32,000 nucleotides of DNA from Comamonas thiooxydans (GTDB lineage: Bacteria > Pseudomonadota > Gammaproteobacteria > Burkholderiales > Burkholderiaceae_C). The stretch is taken from contig NZ_BBVD01000005.1 of the NCBI RefSeq assembly GCF_000964545.1, positions 2,838 through 34,837 of the forward strand, read 5' to 3'. The notes beneath the pieces were generated by a model. It made no database searches and was not told the origin of the DNA. It saw only the letters and a list, made by a program, of their open reading frames with translations. Positions 24,690-32,000 of this stretch are shown one piece after another. Made by a program: the position numbers and the translations under genes. Numbering within the stretch: the first letter of the stretch is position 1; every line of letters begins with the position of its first letter.

Positions 24690-27275
24690 ATGCCCCACGC
24701 GATTCATAAAACACCACGAAAGCTCATCGTTGTTGGTAACGGCATGGTGGGTCAACGCTATGTCGAAGCTCTAACCGAACAATTTCCCAACCTTTGCGCA
24801 GCAGGATGGGAAGTGACGGTACTTGGTGAGGAGCCGCGCCCGGCATACGACCGTGTCCACCTGTCGGAGTTCTTCAGTGGCCGCAGCGCCGACGATCTGT
24901 CCCTGGTCCCAGAGGGCTTCTACGACCGCCCGGGCCTGACGCTGCGCCTCAATGCCCGCGTTGCCTCCATCGAGCGGCGCGATCGTACGCTGCAACTGAC
25001 CAATGGTGAAGTACTGGCCTTCGACAAGCTGGTGCTTGCAACGGGCTCCTCACCCTTTGTACCAGGTGTGCCGGGACGCGACCGCCCTCACTGCTTTGTC
25101 TACCGAACCATCGAGGACCTCGAAGCCATGCAGGCCTCGGGGGCCAAGTCCCAAAGCGGCGTAGTGGTGGGCGGCGGGCTGCTGGGGCTGGAATGTGCCA
25201 AGGCCTTGCGCGACATGGGGCTGCAAACCCATGTCGTGGAGTTCGCACCACGCCTGATGATGGTCCAAGTGGACGAAGGCGGCGGTCGCGTGCTGCGCAC
25301 CAAGATCGAATCGCTGGGCGTGCAGGCTCACACCAGCCGCAACACTGTTGAGATCACCGATGGCGCCACGGCGCGCCATCGCATGGTGTTCGCCGAAGGA
25401 ACTTATCTCGAAACCGACATGATCGTGTTCTCGGCCGGCATCCGGCCGCGCGACGAACTGGCACGTCAATGCATGTTGGCCATCGGTCCGCGCGGAGGCA
25501 TGGTCATTGACGACCACTGTCGCACCAGCGATCACGACATCTATGCCATCGGTGAATGCGCGGCCTGGAATGAGCAGGTCTTCGGTTTGGTCGCGCCAGG
25601 CTACGATATGGCCCGCGTTGCCGCAGCTCACTTGGCAGGACAGGCCGATGCCACGTTCACGGGCGCCGACATGAGCACCAAACTCAAGCTCATGGGTGTG
25701 GACGTAGCCAGCATCGGGGACGCACTTGGCAAGACGCCGGGTAGTCGCAGCTTTAACTACACCGACGAGCTGCAGCAGATCTATAAGAAAATCGTTGTCA
25801 GCGAAGACGGCAAGCGCCTGCTGGGCGCCGTGCTGGTGGGGGATGCCGCAGAGTACGGCACGCTTCTGCAGATGGCGCTCAACAATATGGAGTTGCCCGA
25901 TGCACCCGGCCAGCTCATCCTGCCAACCAGCGACGGCGCGGCCAAACCAGGCCTCGGCGTGGACGCCCTGCCTGACGCTGCGGTACTGTGCTCGTGTAAC
26001 AACGTCAGCAAGGGGCAGTTGTGCTCAGCTATCGCTGGCGGTGTGCAAACCATCAGCGAACTTAAATCCTGCACCAAGGTGGGGACCTCCTGCGGCGGCT
26101 GCGTGCCGCTGGTTACCCAGGTACTCAAGGCCGAGCTCAAGCGCCAAGGCGTAGCTGTCAACAACCACCTTTGCGAGCATTTTCCGCACTCGCGCCAGGA
26201 GCTTTATCACCTGGTGCGCGTTGGCGAAATCCGAACCTTCGCGCAATTGCTGCAGCAACATGGCAAAGGTCATGGCTGCGACATCTGCAAGCCCACGGTG
26301 GCCAACATCCTGGCCAGTTGCTGGAACGACTTCGTTCTCGACCGCAACGGTGCGCCGCTGCAGGATAGCAACGACTACTTCCTGGGCAATATCCAGAAGG
26401 ACGGCACTTATTCCATCGTCCCACGCGTGCCCGCAGGTGAGATCACGCCTGACCAACTGATCGTGATTGGTAAGGTCGCCAAGGACTACGGCCTCTATAC
26501 CAAGATCACGGGCGGCCAACGCATCGATCTGTTCGGAGCCCAAGTCCACGAACTGCCGCTGATCTGGCGTGAGCTGGTGGATGCAGGCTTTGAATCGGGC
26601 CATGCTTATGGCAAGTCGCTGCGTACGGTCAAGAGCTGCGTAGGGTCCACCTGGTGTCGCTATGGCGTGGACGACAGCGTTGGCCTAGCCATCGAGCTGG
26701 AGAACCGCTACAAGGGCCTTCGCTCGCCACACAAAATCAAGTTCGGCGTTTCCGGCTGCACACGCGAATGCGCCGAAGCACAGGGCAAGGACGTGGGGGT
26801 GATCGCCACAGAAAAAGGCTGGAACCTCTATGTCTGCGGCAACGGCGGCATGAAACCACGCCACGCCGAGCTGCTGGCAGCCGACCTTTCCAAGGATCAG
26901 TTGGTACGCCTGATCGACCGCTTCCTGATGTTCTACATCCGTACCGCTGATCGGCTGCAGCGCACCAGCACCTGGCGCGACAACCTCGAAGGCGGCCTGG
27001 ACTACCTCAGGGCCGTTGTGGTCGACGACAGCCTGGGTCTTGCCTCCGAGCTGGAGGCGCAAATGGCCCATGTCGTGGGCACCTACGCTTGTGAATGGAA
27101 GAAGGCCGTGGACGACCCCGCCGTCGTCCGGCGCCTGCGTACCTTCGTCAACAGCGACGCAGGCGACGACAACGTTGTCTTCGTTCAGGAGCGCGGCCAG
27201 ATCCGACCCGCTACCCAAGCCGAAAAGCACTCACGCCTCAAAGGCATCCCGGTGTTGGTCGAAGCCAGCGTTTGA
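24690..27275 (+). CDS. nirB: assimilatory NAD(P)H nitrite reductase large subunit
   Basis: FAD/NAD fold KLIVVGNGMVGQ, BFD-like 2Fe-2S region CSCNNVSKGQL...CGGC and siroheme/4Fe-4S motifs SCVGSTWCRYG and GVSGCTRECAEAQ. ATG 24690 is preceded by gaaggga. The ORF-track start 24609 adds an implausible leader. Confidence 0.95.
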   Translation: MPHAIHKTPRKLIVVGNGMVGQRYVEALTEQFPNLCAAGWEVTVLGEEPRPAYDRVHLSEFFSGRSADDLSLVPEGFYDRPGLTLRLNARVASIERRDRTLQLTNGEVLAFDKLVLATGSSPFVPGVPGRDRPHCFVYRTIEDLEAMQASGAKSQSGVVVGGGLLGLECAKALRDMGLQTHVVEFAPRLMMVQVDEGGGRVLRTKIESLGVQAHTSRNTVEITDGATARHRMVFAEGTYLETDMIVFSAGIRPRDELARQCMLAIGPRGGMVIDDHCRTSDHDIYAIGECAAWNEQVFGLVAPGYDMARVAAAHLAGQADATFTGADMSTKLKLMGVDVASIGDALGKTPGSRSFNYTDELQQIYKKIVVSEDGKRLLGAVLVGDAAEYGTLLQMALNNMELPDAPGQLILPTSDGAAKPGLGVDALPDAAVLCSCNNVSKGQLCSAIAGGVQTISELKSCTKVGTSCGGCVPLVTQVLKAELKRQGVAVNNHLCEHFPHSRQELYHLVRVGEIRTFAQLLQQHGKGHGCDICKPTVANILASCWNDFVLDRNGAPLQDSNDYFLGNIQKDGTYSIVPRVPAGEITPDQLIVIGKVAKDYGLYTKITGGQRIDLFGAQVHELPLIWRELVDAGFESGHAYGKSLRTVKSCVGSTWCRYGVDDSVGLAIELENRYKGLRSPHKIKFGVSGCTRECAEAQGKDVGVIATEKGWNLYVCGNGGMKPRHAELLAADLSKDQLVRLIDRFLMFYIRTADRLQRTSTWRDNLEGGLDYLRAVVVDDSLGLASELEAQMAHVVGTYACEWKKAVDDPAVVRRLRTFVNSDAGDDNVVFVQERGQIRPATQAEKHSRLKGIPVLVEASV

Positions 27276-27293
27276 CCCCCTAAGGAGCACCTC

Positions 27294-27698
27294 ATGAACG
27301 ATACCGCCATTGCGCCAGAACCCACGCGCACCGCCGCACCCACGAGCTCAGCCGCCAACAAGAGCGCAGCCTCTGCTGCCATCTGGCACCGCATCTGCCC
27401 TTTCGACGACATCTGGCCCGACACGGGCGTTTGCGCTCTCATCGGGCGTCGTCAGGTGGCCGTCTTTCGGCTGACCGACGGCAGCCTCTACGCCATAGGG
27501 AACCATGATCCCCACAGTGGTGCCAACGTACTCTCTCGCGGCATCGTTGGCGACCTGGGCGGCGAACCTGTCGTCGCCTCGCCCATCTACAAGCACCACT
27601 ATCTGCTGCGCACCGGCGCCTGCGTGGAAGAACCGGACACCATCTTGCCGGTCTACTCCATCGAGCTGCGCGACGGCATCGTCTGGCTCAAGGACTGA
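27294..27698 (+). CDS. nirD: nitrite reductase small subunit (Rieske-like fold)
   Basis: WHRICPFDDIWPDTGVCALIGRRQVAVFRL...YAIGNHDPHSGANVLSRGIVGDL...VASPIYKHHYLLRTGAC is the NirD pattern. It lies immediately after nirB. Confidence 0.9.
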   Translation: MNDTAIAPEPTRTAAPTSSAANKSAASAAIWHRICPFDDIWPDTGVCALIGRRQVAVFRLTDGSLYAIGNHDPHSGANVLSRGIVGDLGGEPVVASPIYKHHYLLRTGACVEEPDTILPVYSIELRDGIVWLKD

Positions 27699-27704
27699 GT
27701 GCAC

Positions 27705-28395
27705 ATGGCCAACGAAGTCTTCTCTGTGTGCCCATACTGCGGCGTTGGCTGCGGTATGAATCTGCATGTGGACCAGGGTAAGGTGATCAAGGTCATCGGC
27801 ATCAAAAGCCACCCGACCAACTTCGGCCGCCTGTGCACCAAGGACTCCAGCAGCTCGCAGACTTTGAGGGAGTCTGGCCGGATGGAGACCGCATTTGCGC
27901 GCATTGACCGTCAGCGCGATCCTGTGCAGGTCAAAATGGACGAGGCCATTACGAAAACTGCCCAGCGCCTCAAGACCATCCTTGACACTCATGGCCCCGA
28001 TGCTATTTCGTTGTACGTATCGGGCCAGATGTCCCCGGTTCCTACAAGGACTTCGATCAAGCCGATGTCTTTTTCGTGATCGGCGCCAATATGGCCGATT
28101 GCCACCCCATCCTGTTCCTGCGCATTGATCGGCAAAGCCGGGGCCTGGATGAGCTGCTGGACCATGGGGCTGAACCAGAGCACGCACGGCACCTGGAACA
28201 CCAATGCCATCTGTAACTTGCACCTCGCTACCGGTGCAATCTGCAAGCCGGGTAGCGGTCCGTTCTCGCTGACAGGCCAGCCCAACGCAAATGGGGGGAC
28301 GCGAGATGGGCTATATGGGCCCTGGCCTACCTGGCCAACGGGCAGTGCTGGTGGAAGCTGAGCGCCACTTCGTCGAAGATGTGTGGGACGTACCA
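27705..28395 (+). pseudogene. nasA: assimilatory nitrate reductase catalytic subunit (molybdopterin oxidoreductase), collapsed by internal deletions and a frameshift, 3' part missing
   Basis: Fragment 1, MANEVFSVCPYCGVGCGMNLHV...LYVSGQMS, carries the N-terminal 4Fe-4S motif. In another frame, [29 protein letters not shown] follows after roughly 55-60 codons are missing. Next comes [44 protein letters not shown], after roughly 200 or more codons are missing. A 1-nt shift near 28289 precedes [35 protein letters not shown]. Similarity ends near 28395 at an IS remnant. An intact enzyme would need about 2.7 kb. Confidence 0.8.
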
Positions 28396-28796
28396 CGTCA
28401 CCGTTTCGGCTTTCAGCGGGCTTGTAACGGTAAGTGCTGGATGACGAGCAGTGAGCGGCGTTCGCTGAGTCCACAGCCCATCCTCGCGCCGTGCAGGTGC
28501 GCTCACCACTTTTTTCTCAAGGCTTCTTTCGTCACCTCGTTCTCCAACATGGACTCGGCCAGCAGCCGCTTGATACGGGCGTTTTCAAGCTCTAGCTCCT
28601 TGAGCTGTTTCGCGTCCGAGACGCTCATGCAGAAACCGTGCCGGCGGCGCAGCTCTGCCACTGGCAGTCCAGACTCCGCTTCTCGCAGGAAGCCAATGAT
28701 CTGTTCTTCTGTCAATCTCTTTTTCACGTCCAATCTCCTGTCTTCGGGATTGGACTCCAGAGTCAGACGCTACTCAAATCCGGGGGTCGTCGCTCA
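28395..28796 (-). mobile_element. IS3-family remnant (degenerate orfA plus scrambled first ~35 codons of orfB) replacing the 3' part of nasA
   Basis: orfA remnant 28503..28727: (V)[57 protein letters not shown]. It is 13 residues shorter between HG and MSV than the intact OrfA at 5200..5466. orfB N-terminal pieces (SAPARRE.., ..STYRYKPAESRNGDVV) occur in different frames. The terminus on the complement starts TGAGCGACG at 28796. Confidence 0.65.
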
Positions 28797-28886
28797 GCGA
28801 GCTGCTCTTGGAGGCATGACTGTAAAAACGTACAAGAAATTACTTCACCCACCTGCAACTCAGAACCTGCTGGCAAAATAGTGCCT

Positions 28887-29336
28887 ATGCGATTCCTCCA
28901 CACGATGTTGCGCGTTGGCAATCTCCAGCGCTCTATTGATTTCTACACCAACGTCATCGGCATGCAACTGCTGCGCACGTCCGAGAACCCCGAGTACAAG
29001 TACTCGTTGGCCTTTCTTGGCTTCGAAGGTGGTAACCCGGGTCAGGCGGAAATTGAGCTGACTTACAACTGGGGAACCGAGAACTATGAGATGGGCACGG
29101 CTTACGGTCATATTGCTCTGGGTGTGCCCGATGCCTATGCAGCCTGCGAGAAGATCAAGGCCGCCGGCGGTAATGTGACCCGTGAGGCTGGCCCCGTCAA
29201 AGGCGGTAGTACCGTCATTGCTTTTGTGACGGATCCTGATGGCTACAAAATCGAATTAATACAAAAAAAATTAAACGATTACAGCGAAGAACGCCACTCA
29301 GACGCAAAAAAAATCGATCCGCTGCGTAGCGCGTAG
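28887..29336 (+). CDS. gloA: lactoylglutathione lyase (glyoxalase I)
   Basis: [30 protein letters not shown]...YSLAFLGF...ELTYNWG...YGHIALGV...GYKIELIQ is the classic GloA sequence pattern. The ORF-track start 28638 is too far upstream. The last ~20 codons are A-rich and atypical. Confidence 0.9.
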   Translation: MRFLHTMLRVGNLQRSIDFYTNVIGMQLLRTSENPEYKYSLAFLGFEGGNPGQAEIELTYNWGTENYEMGTAYGHIALGVPDAYAACEKIKAAGGNVTREAGPVKGGSTVIAFVTDPDGYKIELIQKKLNDYSEERHSDAKKIDPLRSA

Positions 29337-29350
29337 CAGGTGAGCAATAG

Positions 29351-29377
29351 AAAAAGCCTACGCGAGTAGGCTTTTTT
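29351..29377. terminator. bidirectional rho-independent terminator
   Basis: aaaaa-gcctac(29356-29361)-gcga-gtaggc(29366-29371)-tttttt. The A-run and T-run flank a 6-bp GC-rich stem. Confidence 0.7.
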
Positions 29378-29603
29378 CTATCCAGTGATGGAAGGCCTGC
29401 AACGCCCGCGACCATATGCGATTTTTCGAGAATCACCTGGATTCCGCCTGACCGAGGAACTGTCACTGGCTTGCGTCACCAACGGCCAGGAAATCGTTGA
29501 CTGCACGCGCGAGATCGAACAAGACGAGACGCACGTCTACAGCATTGCGAAGTACATGCAGCTGTTTGTCTTCAGAGTCATCGGCAATGGATGTTGTCTC
29601 TAC

Positions 29604-31127
29604 CTATTGGGCCGTTGGCATGGCGAATTCCGCGCCTTTGCCAATGCTCTCGGGCCAACGCTGCATGACGGATTTCTGTTTGGTGTAGAAGCGCACCCCC
29701 TCCTCCCCATAGGCATGCATATCGCCAAACAGGCTCTTCTTCCACCCACCAAAGCCGTGCCAGGCCATGGGCACCGGAATGGGTACGTTGATACCTACCA
29801 TGCCAACCTGGATACGCCGAGTGAATTCCCGAGCCACATTGCCATCGCGGGTGAAACATGCAACGCCATTGCCAAACTCATGCTTGTTGACGAGTTGCAC
29901 TGCGGCGGAGAAATCAGCGACTCGAACACATGACAGCACGGGGCCGAAGATCTCTTCCCGGTAGATGCTCATTTCCGGCGTAACCTGGTCGAACAACGTG
30001 CCCCCCATCCAAAAGCCGTTGGCGCACCCCTCTCCGGCAGCAGCGCCCAGGAAGGTACGGCCATCAACGAGCAGTTGTGCCCCCTCCTTAACGCCCTGCT
30101 CGATATAGCTGCTGATACGCGCATGCGCCGCAGGAGTCACGATGGGGCCCATCTCTGCCGCCAAATTGGTGCCATTGAGCACTTTCAATGCTCTGGTTCG
30201 TTCCTCCAATCTGGGCATGAGCTTGTCAGCGACGTCGCCTACGAGGACTGCGACAGAGATGGCCATGCAGCGCTCCCCCGCTGAACCATAGCCCGCACCG
30301 ATCAGTGCATCCACGGCCTGGTCGATATCGGCATCTGGCATCACCACCATATGGTTTTTGGCACCTCCCAGCGCCTGCACGCGCTTGCCATGGCGCGCAC
30401 CGGTTTCATAGATGTAGTTGGCGATCGGGGTAGAGCCGACAAAGCTCAGCGCCTTCACGTCAGGGTGCTCCAGCAGCGCATCTACAACCTCTTTGTCTCC
30501 TTGCACAACGTTGAACACGCCGTCGGGCAAGCCCGACTGTTTCAACAGATCGGCTATGAACAAACTCGGGCTGGGGTCAATGGGGCTAGGCTTGAGCACG
30601 AAGCAATTGCCGGCGGCAATGGCCACGGGAAACATCCACATGGGCACCATGACGGGAAAATTGAAAGGTGTCACACCAGCGACGACGCCAAGTGGCTGGC
30701 GCAGAGTCCAGTTATCAATACCGGTACTGACTTGATCGGTAAAGTCGCCTTTGAGGAGTTGGGGAATTCCACATGAGAACTCGACGATATCGATGCCCCG
30801 TGCCACCTCGCCTTGAGCATCAGTAAAAACCTTGCCATGCTCGGCCGTGATGAGTGCGGCGAGTTCGTCCTTATTGCGATTGAGCAGTTCCAGGAGCTTG
30901 AACAGTACGCGCGCGCGACGTATGGGCGGGGTGTCCGCCCATCGCGGAAATGCAGACTGCGCAGCAGCAACGGCAGCCTCCACGTCCTGAGCCGTACCCA
31001 GACGCACTTGGCGGCTAACGGCGCCGGTGGCGGGGTTGTAGATGGGTTGCTTACGCGTGCCGTTGCCAGAGATGTGAGCGCCGCCTATGTAGTGGGCGAT
31101 TTCCGTTCTGTTACTGATGTCAGTCAT
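29604..31127 (-). CDS. mmsA: CoA-acylating methylmalonate-semialdehyde dehydrogenase
   Basis: 507-aa aldehyde dehydrogenase with an MmsA-type N-terminus (IAHYIGG...IYNPATG...) and the catalytic-Cys motif [14 protein letters not shown] 31127 is preceded by AGGAG (aggagtttcaccATG). The ORF-track start 31214 is too long. Confidence 0.9.
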   Translation of the reverse strand: MTDISNRTEIAHYIGGAHISGNGTRKQPIYNPATGAVSRQVRLGTAQDVEAAVAAAQSAFPRWADTPPIRRARVLFKLLELLNRNKDELAALITAEHGKVFTDAQGEVARGIDIVEFSCGIPQLLKGDFTDQVSTGIDNWTLRQPLGVVAGVTPFNFPVMVPMWMFPVAIAAGNCFVLKPSPIDPSPSLFIADLLKQSGLPDGVFNVVQGDKEVVDALLEHPDVKALSFVGSTPIANYIYETGARHGKRVQALGGAKNHMVVMPDADIDQAVDALIGAGYGSAGERCMAISVAVLVGDVADKLMPRLEERTRALKVLNGTNLAAEMGPIVTPAAHARISSYIEQGVKEGAQLLVDGRTFLGAAAGEGCANGFWMGGTLFDQVTPEMSIYREEIFGPVLSCVRVADFSAAVQLVNKHEFGNGVACFTRDGNVAREFTRRIQVGMVGINVPIPVPMAWHGFGGWKKSLFGDMHAYGEEGVRFYTKQKSVMQRWPESIGKGAEFAMPTAQ

Positions 31128-31182
31128 GGTGAAACTCCTATTCGGTGGAAAAAGAAACCCGTCGAATGACGAATGCCTGTGT

Positions 31183-31675
31183 TCAGAAAGGCTCACACGC
31201 CAGCGTGCTTTCATTGCCTTTGATGACGATGTCGCGCAAGCCTGGAACGTTTGAAAGGATGCGGATGGTGTAGAAGTGCGGTGTGGAGATCTTTGTACTC
31301 AGTAAGGCCGTATCTATCTTCTGGCGCGCCAGCATGTCCAGTGCTGGCAGCAGCGGACACAATGCAAAGCTCATGCTGGCGCTGTTGAGCATTTCCGTGC
31401 ACGCCGCGCCGATGCTGGGCAGACCTTGGCCGCCAAAGGCGGGGGGCTGCAACCCTCTTCCATCGACTGCAGCTAAGCCCATTTGAAGCCGGGCAAGGTG
31501 CTCACCGAGCCATCGGCCAAGGCAGCGGGGTTTTGTCCCCCAACTGCAATTCGGCGCAGGCTTGGGCCGTCTCCGGCATGACTTCTTCCAGCCCCTGCAG
31601 TCGCGCGGTTGCGTCTAGCCCAGCAAGTTCCTTCATGCAACACAGCATGTCGTCAATGGGGGCTTGGTAAGTCAT
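31183..31675 (-). pseudogene. acyl-CoA dehydrogenase remnant with a large internal deletion
   Basis: N-terminal piece MTYQAPIDDMLCCMKELAGLDA... (31502..31675). Then ...FGGQGLPSIGAACTEMLNSASMSFALCPLL is fused directly to a C-terminal-type tail ...[29 protein letters not shown] (31183..31482). About 165 codons remain of a gene type that normally needs about 600. Confidence 0.55.
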
Positions 31676-31698
31676 GTCCTTGCTTATCTTCCGTACGT

Positions 31699-32000
31699 TC
31701 AATGAGATACAGAGGCAATGCCTACGGCGGTTTCCGCGCGCACCTCCTGCGCAGGAAACCCAGCTTTGTCCTGCGCGGCGCGCGGCGAGCGGTCCATGAG
31801 GGATACCACGACGATCACCACGAATGCCAACGGCATCGAAATCAGTGTGGGGTAGTCATAGGGAAATACCGGCGCAGAGAAATGGAAGATGCGCACCCAT
31901 ACCGCAGGCGAGAGCACTACCAAAGCAAGAGCTACGCTCAGCCCTACCAGGCCGCCGGCCAAGGCACCACGGGTCGTCAGGCTGCGCCAGTACATCGACA
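31699..32000 (-). CDS. sodium:solute symporter family protein (ActP-like cation/acetate symporter), C-terminal end; the gene continues beyond the window
   Basis: YWRSLTTRGALAGGLVGLSVALALVVLSPAVW...PYDYPTLISMPLAFVVIVVVSLMD has the pattern of the last two TM helices of SSS/ActP-type transporters. The frame is open to the window edge. Confidence 0.6.
   Translation of the reverse strand, partial: SMYWRSLTTRGALAGGLVGLSVALALVVLSPAVWVRIFHFSAPVFPYDYPTLISMPLAFVVIVVVSLMDRSPRAAQDKAGFPAQEVRAETAVGIASVSH

Noticed and set aside
25050-28223. Long antisense or off-frame ORFs inside nirB/nirD/nasA (for example 25050..25631, 26025..26603, 26685..27230, 27348..28223), and similar ones inside other GC-rich genes (282..572, 9183..9764, 20151..20901, 29385..29933)
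   Set aside because: These are typical spurious open frames of GC-rich DNA. Each is fully overlapped by a gene with clear family motifs on the other strand or frame, and their translations are Arg/Ala/Gly-rich with no motifs.
1-32000. CRISPR arrays, rRNA or tRNA genes
   Set aside because: No regularly spaced direct repeats of 25-40 bp and no rRNA or tRNA consensus segments were seen by eye on either strand.

Overview
This is a GC-rich proteobacterial chromosome segment. It looks most like a Burkholderiales/Comamonadaceae-type betaproteobacterium, judging from a Bug/TctC binding protein, LysR and GlxA regulators, and a narK-type/nirBD/nasA assimilation cluster; the lineage is inference only. 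Housekeeping-type content: an ECF sigma / RskA-like anti-sigma / fasciclin trio (0-1.7 kb), a Bug-LysR pair, a rhodanese-GlxA pair, an EAL protein, the nitrate/nitrite assimilation cluster (21.3-28.4 kb), gloA and mmsA. Accessory DNA lies between these blocks. It comprises a lower-GC patch of small ORFs with a diverged ~88-bp repeat pair (2.3-4.3 kb), an IS3-family element (4.3-5.5 kb) and an IS graveyard (11.7-13.7 kb) holding an IS21 fragment, an IS5-family fragment and a frame-broken IS110-family recombinase. It also includes a filamentous (inovirus-like) prophage remnant that keeps only pIII-like, pVI-like and Zot-like pI genes (18.1-20.9 kb). The stand-out feature is a sharply AT-rich ~2.2-kb islet (15.9-18.07 kb) directly downstream of, and co-oriented with, the zot-like gene. 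It carries a translationally coupled two-gene operon: a 417-aa ABC/AAA15-type ATPase and a 248-aa zinc-ribbon HNH nuclease. This is a Septu (PtuA/PtuB)-like candidate anti-phage system carried in a filamentous prophage. Whether it belongs to known PtuAB families or to a divergent clade cannot be decided without searches. The window also shows heavy gene decay: nasA, an acyl-CoA dehydrogenase, an FAD oxidoreductase, several transposases and probably pIII. No tRNA, rRNA or CRISPR array was seen.
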